A DNA stretch of 64,000 bases, taken from contig NC_043001.1 in the NCBI RefSeq assembly GCF_006345805.1, positions 8,680,001 through 8,744,000 on the forward strand. The letters run 5' to 3'. The position numbers and the translations under genes are program-made. Each line of letters begins with the position of its first letter. Position 1 is the stretch's first letter. This DNA comes from Octopus sinensis. Lineage: Eukaryota. The notes beneath the pieces were generated by a model. That model did no database searches. It was not told the origin of the DNA and was given only the letters and a program-made list of their open reading frames with translations. Shown here one piece after another: positions 25,504 to 39,252 of this stretch.

Positions 25504-27178
25504 CTTTGATACTTTGATACTTTGATAGGTTTCGGCCATTATTGGCCCAGGCCATGTCTAACTTAATCACCACCTGGTGAAGTCTTTCAAGTCAGAATTT
25601 GGGCACTATGGCCCACTCAAGTAGAGAGTTATTGTTTACAGAGACATATCCGGGTGTAGGGGGTTATCTGGGATTTCTTGAAGGAATCTGTCCAAAGACT
25701 TCTTGAACCCTATAGGGTCAGTTTCTGTTTTAATGTGTTTTGGTGTAATGTTAAAGCGAGCGGGGCCAATTGAGGTGAAATAATTGTGCCGTCGTATTGT
25801 TGTTATGAGATGAGAGTGCGATTTTTGTTTTGGGCGGATGGCACGGGGCCCAAGCCTTGGATGTACCTTAAAGGTGATGCCAACATCATTTGGGCAATGC
25901 TGATGGAATATTTTCCACATCATGCAGATGATGTAGCGCTCACGACGACGTTGGAGAGAATAGAGTTTTAGCTTTTCTTAGCCGACCCCATAGTCGAGGC
26001 CTGTCATGCCATCTATCTTTTTTGTGATTGCCCTTTGAGGTGCTTCAACTTTGATGATACCTTGTATTGTGTGGGGAGACCACAGTGGACAACAGTATTC
26101 AAGGTGGAGTCGGGCAAAAGTGGAGAAGAGAAGGATAATGGTGTGGATATCTCTCGACTGGAAAGTTCTGAGAATCCAGGAACACATTCTGCGGGCCATG
26201 TCAACTTTGTGGTGTTTATATGAGTGGCCCAGCTTACGTTGTTGTCCACAATTACTCCAAGTCTCTGATGTTGTTGGACGCCGCGAGAGTTTCACCTGAA
26301 GGAAGGGAGTATGGAGAGTTTCAGGGCATCCTCTTTTCCAAAGTGGATTAGCTCAAATTTATCCTCGTTCAGCAGCAATTGTTTTTTTCTGCCCATTGGA
26401 TAACAGCCAGTAGATCTGACTGAAGGCATTGTCCGGTCATTCGCCTCATTTATGACCTTCTGTAGCTTGGAGTCATCTGCAAAGATTTTTATGTTGCTGT
26501 GCTTGATGATGTCATTAATGTCATTAATGTAAATGATGAAAAGAAGTGGGCCAGCACAGTGCCTTGCGGAACGCCACTACTGACTTTGGCTGGGCTTGAT
26601 TTTACCCCTTCAACTACAACATGTTGAGATCTGTCTGTCAGGAAACACTTAATCATCCATTTCAGTAACTTTCCAGAGACACCATGTTGGATAGTTTTTT
26701 CAATAGGATCTTGTGATCGACCCTGTCGAAGGCCTTACTGAAATCAAGGTAGATGACATCGGTGTTGGAGCCCTCTCCCAAAGCTCTCAAAATGTCCTCA
26801 AAGTGATGCAGGAGCTGCGTTAGGCAGTCCCTTCCTACGGAACCCATGTTGGTTGGAGATCAGCCGTCTGTTGCTTTCCAGAAATTGGGTATTCGAGATC
26901 TCAACACCCTCTCAAATACCTTGATGATATGAGAGGTGAGTGAGATCGGACGGTAATTCATTGCAAGGACTTGTTTCCCTTTTTCAAAACTGGGACAACA
27001 GACTGGGACAGAAGGTTTTTGGAATATAGCCAGCATCCAGTGAGTTTCTCCACAGATTAGCAAGGGGAGATGCAAGTTGGTGTCGACACACCTTCAGGAC
27101 ACAAGCAGGGAACCTATCGGGGCTACTGCTGAATTGTGTTTTATTTCGTTTATCGCCGCTAAGACATCAGGGCACTAA
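25502..27178 (-). mobile_element. CR1-clade LINE, 5'-truncated, frameshifted RT and 3' end
   Basis: DVLAAINEIKHNSA..PDRFPACVLKVC, NYRPISLTSHIIKVFER, DVIYLDFSKAFDRVDH, SGVPQGT, EYCCPLWSP; 3' tail (TCAAAGTA)3; flanked by (TA)n on both sides. Confidence 0.9.
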
Positions 27179-27216
27179 ACGTTATGTCCGATATAGTATA
27201 TGTCCGATATATTATA

Positions 27217-27282
<66 letters not shown>

Positions 27283-28811
27283 TTTATTAAAAAATAATAT
27301 TTAAGATAATATAATATATTTAAAATAATATAAATTAGTTAATTTATGTATTGGCTTATGCTTTTCACTGTTTGATTTGCCTAATAGTGGTTTTATCTCT
27401 AATTTAATATTATAAATATTTATACAAAAAAATTGGATTTAATCCTAAATCTGATTTTTTCCTGTAAGTTTGGATTTTTTCCCTAATATCTTATTATATA
27501 TTTATATATATATAAATATATGTATGTATATGTATATATATATATGTGTGTGTGTCTGTGTGTGTGTATGTATATAATAATTGAGATTCAGTTGAATTAG
27601 GTAGTTAAGTTGAAGTACCATGTCAGTCCGATGTTCACCACACAGCTCGAAGTAAGGTGAATATAATCAAAATAAGCAACAGGATATCAAGTAGAGATGC
27701 AGTACGACTGTTTCAAGTGGCTCCATTTAATTGAACATTGCAATCATTAACATTCCATCTGGTAATCAACGTCATTATTTAAAGTCTTCCCCTACCCGAC
27801 TACCTATATTAAATTATATATATATATATATTATACCAGTGAGTAGACAAACGAAATTAGGACACTCAACACATTACAATACCCTTAGAGCATCTGACGG
27901 CATTACTAGACACAATACAGACATGACAGCCAATGACTTCGAGCCAAGATACTCCCATCAGTTGATTTGTTTAAATCCAGGGAAAGAGTGACCTCCATTT
28001 CACAGTCGTACTTTCTCTGGATAGTTCATGACCTCTCCAAGACGTGACACCCAGCACCAAGTGGCGTCCTCCATTTTTGCATTGTTTATACTATTTTTCG
28101 TTTTGTCGTCGTTTCCTTTTGTCATAAGTGTTGTATTGTAACTTCTCCGCCATATTCGGTTCATCAACTTTATACAGACCTTTAAGTGTTCGAATATAAA
28201 TGTTGTGTGAGGGCATGTGTCTGTATGAATTAATTCTTTCATTTATATGTATATATATATATATATATATAATATATATATATAATATATATGTATATAT
28301 ATATTTATATACATATATATATATATTTATATAACCAAGAAAAAAGCAACAAGAATGGATTAGTAGTTTAGTACAATTGTTTCATACTAAGACCAATTTT
28401 ATTTGAAGCTGCAAATATTGCAGCAAATACAAATGTCCAGTATTCATCAGCTAAATCACATATATGATTTACAGACATCCTAGAGAGTTTGATTATCCTC
28501 ATGAAGTATTAGGAGTGAGTTCTATGAACTTTACAGTTAAATTATAAGCAGACTTAAATTGCTTTTAATGATGCACAGTTTTATAAAAGTTTTTAAAAAG
28601 ATTGTTAACTTCCCAGAGAAGGTGAATCTATCCATAAAAATGTAGGTATAATTTCCGGAGATATGAGGAAAGCTGCTGGTCACACGCCGGTTCATTTCAC
28701 AACCGTTGTGAAATTTTATGTTTAATACTATAAAGAATTCTGGTGCATCTAAGTTAAGTACCATATTCATTTGAATTCATTGGAATTCACTTGAATCTTA
28801 ATTGTTTTTGC

Positions 28812-28894
<83 letters not shown>

Positions 28895-29106
28895 TGTGTG
28901 TGTGTGCGTGTATGTATATATATATGCATATGCATCGAATGAAATATAAAGTTTTATAAAGCTTGAAACACATGTACCGCGACATCCTTTGTGTTCTGTT
29001 CTTTATTTCATTTGATGCGTATACCCTCTCACCTCTGCTACTAGCTCGCATATACAGGTGCTTACACTTATCGAGTATTCACCCTGAATTTATATATAAA
29101 TAGCAC

Positions 29107-29168
29107 CCAGGTTGTGCTATTAAATTAGACATGGCCTGGGCCAATAATGGCCGAAATCTATCTAAGTA
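29107..29168 (+). mobile_element. Tail-only (about 60 bp) copy of the CR1 element at 25502-27178
   Basis: ttagacatggcctgggccaataatggccgaaatctatctaagta matches the CR1 3' terminus; followed by (TA)n. Confidence 0.75.
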
Positions 29169-30221
29169 TATATATATATATATATGGGCAAACAAAAAAG
29201 TTTAAATCGCATTTCCATAGAACGTTCAGTATAAAATTATCTTCGCAATCGTAGGATTTAGGTAGGAAGTGTAAAAGTTACACAACGGCGACTGCAAAGA
29301 ATATATTTAGCCAAATATAATGAATTGGCACTATAATTTGTAAAAACTTTTTGTAGCATACAATGACGGTTTTGCAGTCCTGAAATTAATTAACTCAGAA
29401 ATTAAATTAAATCAATACCATTATTGCATTACCTCTAATATATCCGAGGGGAGTTTGCAATCCAAAATATGATTTCACTTATACAAACAAATGACATTTT
29501 AAGCAGTTAACTACTGCTCAGAAGTTTTCATTTTATTTTTATACAATATCTGAAAATTCTTTAAATAATTGTTGCAAGTTAAATATTTGTTATATAAACA
29601 TGTAATTCAAATTTCACTACTAGTTGACAGACCAGTTTTTCTCCAAAATTCGAATCACATTTTTGAGAGATTATGAATTTATATAGTCAAATAACCAAGA
29701 CAACATCATTTGTTTCCCTCTGTCAATATGCTGCCGACTGGATGATTGAAAAGTGACATGCCTCAAATAAACTATAGATGCATCCTTAGAAATACTTAAC
29801 GTCTTTAACTTGAGGGTATATATATCTTGAATGCTTCAAATGTAATCCTTCAAGAAATTATTATTAGCAATTCAATGAAATTGCAGCAGATATTGTCATG
29901 TTGGAGAGATGACAACCGAAGTCTTTTCTAAGTGTTGAAGCACTAGAAATCTAAAATGTCTTGCAAATTTTTCTCCTAAGAATTTGTTTACTGAAAAGTA
30001 ATAAATGAAACAGTGAAGCTACTTAATTGATACTGCTAATAAAGAAAATATTTATTTTAGTGTCATAAAATGTTAAATACTAATAGAAAGAAATGAATTT
30101 ACAATAATAAATTCTAAGATAAGCAGGCTGAAAACAGGAAGATAATGACTTTGTGTAGAAAACAAGTAGTGTGAGAAGACATATTTTGTAATTTCAATTT
30201 TAATTAAGTATGTAAATTATG

Positions 30222-30807
30222 TTAGGCGTAGGAGTAGCTGTGTGGTAAGTAGCTTGTTTACCAACCACATGGTTCCAGGTTCAGCCCCACTGCGTGACAC
30301 ATTGGGCAAGTGTCTTCTACTATAGCCTCGGGCCGACCAAAGCCTTCTAAGTGGATTTGGTAGACGGAAACTGAAAGAAGACCGTCGTATATATGTATAT
30401 ATATATACTAGCAGTATCGCCCGGTGTTGCTCAGGTTTGTAAGGGAAATAACTATAAAGCATTTTTAGAGAGTTATAGCCAAAAAATAGCCAAAAAATGG
30501 AAAAAAATTATGGTAAATTTTTTTTAGTTAAAAAAGGTGGAGTTGCGTCCTCTAGACAGTTTGCGGTTTGTGTTTCTGATTCTCGACCCCATGTCGAATT
30601 TATCGATTTTTTCAGAACTGGGGGAACTTTTCAAAATTTTCGTTGCGTTAGTTTTGAATTATGACATTGGGCTATGTGTGTGTCAAGTTTCATCAGAATC
30701 GGTTGAAAGCCGTGGTCAGGGTGAGGGTACAAGCAAACAGACACACAGAAAACGCACAGACAGACTTCCGTTTATATATAGAGAGATATATATGTGTGTG
30801 TGTGTGT

Positions 30808-30845
<38 letters not shown>

Positions 30846-31065
30846 TGTATGTTTGTGTGTCTGCGTTTGTCCCCCCAACATCGCTTGACAACCGATGCCG
30901 GTGTGTTTATGTCCCCGTAACTTAGCGGTTCGGCAAAAGAGACCGATAGAATAAGTACTAGTCTTACAAAAATAAATCCTGGGGTCGATTTGCTCGACTA
31001 AAGGCAGTGCTCCTGCATGGCCACAGTCACATGACTGAAAGAAGTAAAAAGTAAAAAATGTAAAA
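30222..31065 (+). mobile_element. SINE family C split by a Helitron-like insertion in its internal (TA)n
   Basis: Head aggcgtaggagtagctgtgtggtaag to gaccgtcgtatata (30222-30406); resumes at about 30788 with (TG)n, gacaaccgatgc..gaagtaaaaag. Confidence 0.85.
30407..30787 (+). mobile_element. Non-autonomous Helitron/Helentron-like (DINE-1/Lep1-type) element
   Basis: Starts actagcagtatcgcccggtgttgctc, ends acagacttccgtttatatatagagagat; no TSD; shares its 5' ~90 bp and 3' end with 63113-63513. Confidence 0.65.
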
Positions 31066-31391
31066 AGTATAATTACTTACAAATGTGCTTATTTAAATAC
31101 TTTTACATTGATTCAGTTCTAGGATATATTTAGAATTAAAATAGAAAACAGTTTTAGGCAAACACGTGTTTGCAAATGTGTACAAAGATCTTGTCAGATC
31201 TTGTTTGAGAATGAATGGCGAATGGATTATAATTATCTACGGTTGAAGCATATTCAGTAATTGAGCATACACACGCAGACGCACACACGCAAACACGCAC
31301 AACACTCGCACAACATATATGTATATATATATGTATATATATATGTATATATATACGTATGTATATATTATGTATATATATATATATATAT

Positions 31392-31427
<36 letters not shown>

Positions 31428-31465
31428 ATATATATAATAATATATTATATATATAATATATATAG

Positions 31466-31497
<32 letters not shown>

Positions 31498-31501
31498 ATA
31501 T

Positions 31502-31535
<34 letters not shown>

Positions 31536-31589
31536 ATATATATAATATATACATATATATAATAATATATATATATATATAATTAATCC

Positions 31590-31786
31590 ATACAAGAAAG
31601 CTCAAAGAAACACAACAACGCGAGGACGTGGAACAAATAAAGTAATATTGGACGCTCAGGAAGAGAAAGAAGGAGGGTATAGCATTTCGAGCGGAGCTCT
31701 TCGTCGAATCAGGAGAAGGAAAGAAATACGAGAGTAAAAAACCAGCCAACAACTGATGGTTTTTTACTCTCGTATTTCGAGCATTT

Positions 31787-31790
<4 letters not shown>
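31590..31790 (-). mobile_element. Penelope-type 3' end fragment (family of 10390) with a perfect 22-bp hairpin at its upstream junction
   Basis: Mutated core ttCGACGA agagctccgctc GAAA; gaaatacgagagtaaaaaacca (31723-31744) pairs perfectly with 31757-31778. Confidence 0.65.
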
Positions 31791-31848
<58 letters not shown>

Positions 31849-32319
31849 CAATTAGGTTTAGCAACAAGTTGCTTGACCACATACCGAAAAATCTTAGAAG
31901 TAGCAGCCAAAGGACTACTATTTCCTTTTTCTATAAAAATATGTCTCCGCAGACAACAATATTTGTAACTCACATATGGCAAAAAATAAAGAAGAAGAAC
32001 AATGAAATCAAACAGTCTTCGGATAATTATGGACCTACGTTTCTGGATTAGAATCAAAAGATTCATTTCCTTCATCGACATAATATTCCGATAAATAAAT
32101 CTAGAAATGCTAGGAAAACGTACCCCTTATATTTCCGACCAAGCGTCATCGGAACATATGAAAGTTAATCAGCATATCCACATTTATATAGACGAGTGAA
32201 TTCGCATATATATATACATACATATATATAAATGAAAAATATATAAACCGGTGACGTAACGTATACGGAATGTAAAAACTAACGGGAGGCAAACAGATGG
32301 TACATAATTCTTCATGTGT

Positions 32320-32350
<31 letters not shown>

Positions 32351-32438
32351 TAAATATTAGGGAATAAATCCAAATTTACAGGGAAAATCAGATTTAGGAT
32401 TAAATCCAATTTTATAGTAAAATATTATAAAAATTATT

Positions 32439-32591
32439 GAGACAAAACCACTATTTTACAAAACAAACAAGGAAAGACTTAATCAATACATAAAATTTTA
32501 AAAATAGTCAATAGTTTTTGACTATTTATTAAAATTTTATGTATTGATTAAGTCTTTCCTTGTTTGTTTTGTAAAATAGTGGTTTTGTCTC
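32439..32591. repeat. Foldback (about 73-bp arms, 6-nt loop) in a Penelope-type end repeat
   Basis: gagacaaaaccactattttac..atagtcaa / ttgactattt..gtggttttgtctc; the left flank is homologous to the reverse complement of 27350-27490. Confidence 0.8.
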
Positions 32592-32673
32592 TAATAATAT
32601 TTTTATATATATATATATATACGTTTAAATATTTGTTGTGCAAGATTGTTTATGTGAAGTCGTGTGTTGAAAC

Positions 32674-32935
32674 ATATATTGTTATATTTCGGAATGGTCA
32701 TATTGCGAGTTTAGCCAATAAAACACATGCACTATATATTTGGTGTTATTTTACTTCAGTGTTATTTATTTTTTACATTAATCTGATGCGGTCACAGGAG
32801 TGTGACGAAAGAACTCTGGCCGAAATAAGATTAAGATTAATGTAAAAATTAAATAACACTGAAGCAAAATAACACCAAATATATAGTGCGTATGTTTTTA
32901 TTGGCTAAACTGGCAATATGACCATTCCGATATAT

Positions 32936-32946
<11 letters not shown>
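32674..32946. repeat. Foldback (about 110-bp arms, 49-nt spacer) with a hammerhead-like core in the spacer
   Basis: Arms 32674-32784 and 32834-32946; spacer CTGATGC ggtca..tggcc GAAA (A9 changed, no clear stem I/III). Confidence 0.75.
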
Positions 32947-32975
<29 letters not shown>

Positions 32976-34134
32976 GTTTTCTCTCTTTTGTAGACAGTTA
33001 GACGTTCATCTGCGACTGTTAAATTTGAAGGTCCGAGTAGTGAATTGGGAAACGTATAATAACACCGTTGCATTGTATAATGTTTGATGAGATTAAAGCC
33101 ACCAGTCGAAATTTCAGAAGATTCATTTAATGTTGTTTATGCTGTTGTAAAAGAAGTGTTACCAAATAAAATTGGAATGATTTGAAAGTTGGTGGAAGAG
33201 ATGAAACGATAATCAATGCAGAAGGTGTACAAGGATTTATTCGAAGAATAATTTAATCTGGAAAATGTTCGAATATATCTCGTTTTGAGAGAATGTCAAG
33301 AAAAGGTTCGAACAGCCGGGGAATAAAATATGAGGGAATCGTTGAAGAATTTCAATAATCCTCTTACAATATTGAATGCGTTTGAATCATTTCAAGTTTT
33401 GCTCCCTCAAACTATAAATTCATTGCTTTGTCAGAAGAATGTCTTCAATTCTTTTTCTAAATCCAAAGGATTTCAAGTGCCCTTGTCTTTAAGGCAGGTG
33501 TGATTATTACGAAGATGAAAATGCTGTAATTAACTAAGCCGTTATAAAAGTGAACAGAATGTTAAATCATCTCCAAAACATTCTCGAGGTGAAAGAAAAG
33601 TCTGGAATTGCTTCATGGCATTAACCACTTAAAAGAAGCTGTTACTTGCCGTCAATATTATTGCTCCAAATGCCATAGAAGTGAAGGGGATTTTGGTAAT
33701 AAAACTGCCAGGAACCTTGCGTTCCAACATCATCAAATATATAGATTCCCGGAGTAAGTAGTTGTGGAGATTATTAGCTTTATCGTTCGTCAATTATTGG
33801 AGATTTCTCTGCAAACAACTTTTAGCTTTCACGTGTTTTAGTTTCTTTTACCTTAGCCATGCTGGAACACCACTTTGGACAATTTTTAGTCCTTATTCTT
33901 TTAAGCCTTGTACTTATTTTATTGGTCTCGTTTGACCAACAGTTAACTTACGGGGACGTAGGCAAAACTTCACCGGTTATCAAACGGTGATGGTAGATAA
34001 ACTCAAAGACTCACATATACATGCACAACGGAATTCCACACTGGATAGCGTGCTGCTCACTTAGCTCGCTCTGGACAGTCAAGCGTCCGGCCATCTGGAA
34101 AATAAGACAATTAAAAAGAAAATATTAGTATTGT

Positions 34135-34352
34135 CTCTTTTACTCTTTTACTTGTTTCAATCATGTGACTGTGGCAATGCTGGAGCACCGCCTTTAGTAG
34201 AGCAAATCGACCACAGGACTTATTCTTTGGAAGCCTAGTAATTACTCTATCGGTTCTTTTGCCGAACCGCTAAGTTACGGGGACGTAAACACAACAGAAT
34301 GGTTGTCAAGCGATGTTGGTGGACAAATACTGACACACAACACACACGCACA

Positions 34353-34411
<59 letters not shown>

Positions 34412-34562
34412 TACGACGAGCTTCTTTCAGTTTCCGTCTACCAAATCCACTTGGCCGGCACAAGGCTATAGAAGACATATGCCCAATGTGTCACGCAGTG
34501 GGATTGAACCCGGAACCATTTGGTTCGTAAGCAAGCTACTTACCACACAGTCGCTCCTAAGC
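34135..34562 (-). mobile_element. SINE family C
   Basis: Reverse complement of head, internal (TA)n and tail (gaaacaagtaaaagagtaaaagag). Confidence 0.85.
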
Positions 34563-34845
34563 CTATGTCTGTTTAATAATGTATTCGTCATGACTTCCAT
34601 GAAACTAGAAATCCTACAAACAATTTCTAATGCCTAGTTACTTTCCAAGCGCCCTGTAACAATTTTTGAGGCATAACTTTAAAGAATGTAATTGTGCAAA
34701 CTTCGGAACAATGAAAAACGAAAACAAAACAGTACAAAGTTGCAGTTTTACTTTGTATTTCTATATTTCGGGATAAAACACATTCTTCAGGACATTCGAA
34801 AAAGCAGTAGTTCCGGCACTACAGAACTGCTAGATATATATATAT

Positions 34846-35200
34846 ATAGGTGTAGGAGTGGCTGTGTAGTAAGTAGCATGCTTACCAACCACATGGTTCC
34901 AGGTTCAGTGGCACCTTGAGCAAGTTGTGTTGTGAGTGGATTTCGTTGACGGAAACTGAAAGAAGCCCGTCGTATATATGTATATATATGTATGTGAGTG
35001 TGTGTCTCTGTCCCCCCAACATCGCTAGACAACAGATGCTGGTGTGTTTACGTCCCCGTAACTTGGCGGTTCGGCAAAAAAGACCGAGAGAATAAGTGCT
35101 AGGCTTACAAAGAATAAGTCCTGGGGTCGATTTGCTCGACTAAAGGCGGTGCTCCAGCACGACTACAGTCTAATGATTGAAGCAAGTAAAAGAGTAAAAG
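34846..35200 (+). mobile_element. SINE family C (internal deletion)
   Basis: aggtgtaggagtggctgtgtagtaag..ggttccaggttcagt..gactaaaggcggtgctccagc..gtaaaagagtaaaagag. Confidence 0.85.
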
Positions 35201-35619
35201 AGAAAGCGTATATGTATTTGTACAAATACATATATGTGTGCGCTTGAAGGGAGTATTTCAGCTTAGTTTCAGACTACCAACTCCACTCTCTAGGCTTTTG
35301 CCGGCCCAAGGCTATAGTAGAAGGCACTTGTCCAAAGCCTCACATAGTGGGACTGAAGATAGAACCATTAGCAAGTCTCTTGCTGCACAATTACGTCTGG
35401 GCCGTTCTATTTAGGTCTTGATTGTATATCACTGATTGTGTATTGAATTTAGTTGTTAGTTGAGCGGTCACCTCACCAAGTCTGTTGTGAATTCAAGAAA
35501 AATATAATGCTGTTCTCATTCATTCAAATAAATGTTTTACTGATATTCTCAATGGAAGATGTATGTTAAGCGAGTGTCCTGATAGAAAGAGCAGCAAAAC
35601 CATCTACTCACATTATACC

Positions 35620-35852
35620 TATTTCTTTATTACCCACAAGGTGCTAAACACAGAGGGGACAAACAAGGACAGACATAGGTATTAAGTCGATTACATCGAC
35701 CCCAGTGCGTAACTGGTACTTAATTTATCGACCCCGAAAGGATGAAAGGCAAAGTCGACCTCGGCGGAATTTGAACTCACAACGTAACGCAGACGAAATA
35801 CCGCTAAGCATTTCACCCGGCGTGCTAACGTTTCTGCCAGCTCGCCGCCTTT
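35620..35852 (-). mobile_element. SINE family B, full length, 17-bp TSD
   Basis: TSD tctactcacattatacc at 35603-35619 and 35853-35869; head aaggcggcgagctggcagaaacg. Confidence 0.92.
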
Positions 35853-36084
35853 TCTACTCACATTATACCGTCTTCAAAATGAGTATTGTGTTTCATAATC
35901 ATATTCGAAATAAATGTCTGCTTGGCCTTTAATGGAAACAAGCGATGTAATATCTACTTGATGAGAATTAACTAGGGCGGAACAACAGCATATCACAATT
36001 TGTCAATCAGTAAGATAGAAACGGAAAAATACTCTCACTCACTCTCACGCACACACACAAACACACACACACACACACACACAT

Positions 36085-36115
<31 letters not shown>

Positions 36116-36149
36116 AATACACACAGTAACACATACACACATTATAGGG

Positions 36150-36763
36150 GCTCCCCATTGGTTACGACTACGATGGTTCTAGCTGATTCGATCAACGGAA
36201 TGCCCTGCGCGTGAAATTAACGTGCACGTGACTGAGCACTGCACAAACACGTGTACCCTTAACGTAGTTCTCGGAAGAGATTCAGCGTGACATAGGGTGA
36301 ACCAAAACTGGCCCTTTGAAATGCAGGTACAACAGAAGCAGGAAGAAAGAATGAGAGAAAGTTGTGGTGAACGAATCCAGCAGGGTTTTCCACCACCTCT
36401 TTCCGGAAATTCGGGGAGCCTTAGGTGTTTTCGCTCAAAGGCGTCGAGCTGGTAGAATCGTTAGCACGCCGGACGAAATGCTTAGCGGTATTTCGTCTGC
36501 CGTTACGTTCTGAGTTCAAATTCCGCCAAGGTCGACTTTGCCTTTCATCCTTTCGAGGTCTATAAATTAAGTACCTGTTACGCACTGGGGTCGATATAAT
36601 CGACATAACTCTTTTGTCCTCTCTGTGTTTATCCCCTTGTAGGTAGTAAAGAAATAGGTGTTTTCGCTTAATAAACACTCACAACGCCCGGTCTGGGAAT
36701 CGAAACCCAGATCCTACGCCCGCGAGTCCGCTGCCCTAACCACTGGGTCATTGCACCTCCACT
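36150..36763 (-). mobile_element. SINE family A interrupted by SINE family B
   Basis: tRNA head (gtggaggtgcaatgacccagtgg..gggtttcgattccc) at the right end; body continues left of the insertion. Confidence 0.85.
36436..36654 (+). mobile_element. SINE family B nested in SINE A, 14-bp TSD
   Basis: taggtgttttcgct at 36422-36435 and 36655-36668. Confidence 0.92.
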
Positions 36764-36801
<38 letters not shown>

Positions 36802-37701
36802 ACATACACACACACTCACTCACACACCGCACATTTTCCGTGTCACAAGTCATTGCCCAGGGAAGAACTCGAACAGGAGGATCATGTAACGACATCATTA
36901 CAAATTGAGCACCTTAACCACACTCACATTCTTCCGCTATTGTATACATATTTCTTAGACATATATGCAGCCTCTACATTCAGCATTTGTTATTCATCCT
37001 CGGCATCTAATTAAATAGACGACTGAATTCGCTTGATAGATTTTTATCAAATTCAGTATTAAAGAATCTGATTAGTCTCCATGGTTCTACATTTAATTAT
37101 TTGCACTTGAATTTCCATCTTAAATGACTTTAGACTACGATTATCGGGTTTAACCTATGACTTATCAGAAGAGTCTTGTTTCAAGTTTTTTCATTCCCTT
37201 GTTTATTTAATGTGTATAACTGTATATAGCAACACTGACAAACATAATACATTTTAATATATTCGATTTTTTTCCCCAGAAATATAAGATCGTCAGAATT
37301 GATTTTCCCAAATATTATTAAGAATAAAGCATCGTGAATAACTGCCTCAAAGTAAATGTCAAAATTATAAATAATCGTTCACGCCCAAAAATAAATGTGA
37401 TGAATTTATTAGTGCGGGCATATCTCGTCATGGCACCGACATTTCTGCTTCTTGTGAGACTAAAGGGCATAATGTTATAATCGATAAATAAACGAGCATT
37501 GATGAACATATCACTCACTTGATTAACCACACATACATGTCTCTAATAAACATTAAAACGCAAAAATTCTCCAGAGACTCGTCTGAAACCCGTTATCTTT
37601 CTATCAAATCTGATTCAATTCATTTCACAAAATACATCAAAAAACATCAATACCACTTTATTTTGTGTTTTATAACTTCCACACACACACATTGTTACTA
37701 A

Positions 37702-37734
<33 letters not shown>

Positions 37735-37786
37735 TTTCCTATTCACACAACAGATTAGGCTCTTGGAAAACTTATTATTATCATTA

Positions 37787-37823
<37 letters not shown>

Positions 37824-37864
37824 CATCATCATTATTATTATTATTATGATTATTATTATTATTA

Positions 37865-37901
<37 letters not shown>

Positions 37902-37942
37902 TATCATTATCATTATTATGGTTATTATTATTATTATTATTA

Positions 37943-37995
<53 letters not shown>

Positions 37996-38614
37996 TCCAA
38001 TTATCTTTCAGAAATCACTTCGTTTTCCCACCGAAACTTGTAAGCAGTTGATACAGCAAACGGTGCGTAAAATATTACGATCCAAAAATTGAAAATGCTT
38101 TGGCAGAAATATAGGTTTTTCTGTTCAAATTCTGGCTCTAGACATTCGCTAAAAATAGTGTTGTTACTGACACAGAACAATGTATGCGTTATCGCACTAT
38201 TAAATATTCTCGATGCACTGTAAGCTAGATATAGATCAGTGTGCCAGAACATTATTTTAGAATTATCAATCTCCATGATAAACGGCTTCGCGAGATTGTT
38301 TGAAATTTAACACATCATAAGTTCCATAACAGATGTTGAAGACTAATTTTGGATCAGAATATTCGCTGAAATAGCACATATCTACAAAATGAAACGTTCT
38401 TTAAAGTTTCCCAATGAAATATCAGTTGACGTTTTCAATATGTCGTCTGTCAAATGTAAGAGTCTATCACTTTGTCAAATTATGCTATCTACCCGGACAG
38501 GCAGTCATGCTTTTCTTTAAATAATGAATGAAATTTTAATGTTAATATATGAATTTGTTACTACTTGTAGCAATATTTCTGAATTAGATTGTCCTCTGTT
38601 TCGAAAAACCATAT

Positions 38615-39025
38615 CTTTTATCTTTTACTTGTTTCAGTCATTTGACTGCGGCCATGCTGGAGCACCGCCTTTAATCGAGCAACTCGACCCGGGTACTTAT
38701 TCTTTTTGTAAGCCCAGTACTTATTCTATCGGTCTGTTTTGCCGAGCCGCTAAGTAACGGGGACATAAACACGCCAGCATCGGTTGTTAAGCAATGCTAG
38801 GGGGACAAACACAGACACACAAACACACACACGCATATATATATATATATATATATATACACAACGGGCTTTTTTCAGTTCCCGTCTTCCAAATCCACCC
38901 ACAAGGCTTTGGTCGGCCCGAGGCTATAGTAGAAGACACTCGCCCAAGGTGCCACGCAGTGGGACTGAACCCGGAACCATGCGGCTGGTAAACAAGCTAC
39001 TTACCACACAGCCACTCCTGCGCCT
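38615..39025 (-). mobile_element. SINE family C, near full length
   Basis: Reverse complement of aggcgcaggagtggctgtgtggtaag through gactgaaacaagtaaaag. Confidence 0.9.
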
Positions 39026-39252
39026 TTTTGAACATTTCTTTCACAGTACGTCTTCAGGGTTCCACTAGTTATATTTTCAGTTGATATGATACATGCACTA
39101 CACCAATGATTTAAAATATAGATATAAATTAGATTGTTTAACGTCTTAGGATTTTCTATACATTGAACAATCAGAATTAGTTGATCTTCGTTTTGAAATG
39201 TATGTGCGTGGGAATATATTGCTGCGGGAGTGGCTGTGTGTTAACTAGCTTA

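Noticed and set aside
27701-27766. Minus-strand tac CAGATGG..GAAA cag TC gta
   Set aside because: Two core substitutions and a poor stem II; at most a dead relic.
32990-33830. Degenerate protein-like stretch on the minus strand (GLLKFFND..FEPFLDILSKRD..NIIQCNG)
   Set aside because: Could be a very old Penelope RT relic and superficially resembles RhoGAP, but it has many stops and no motif I can assign reliably; needs BLASTX/HMM.
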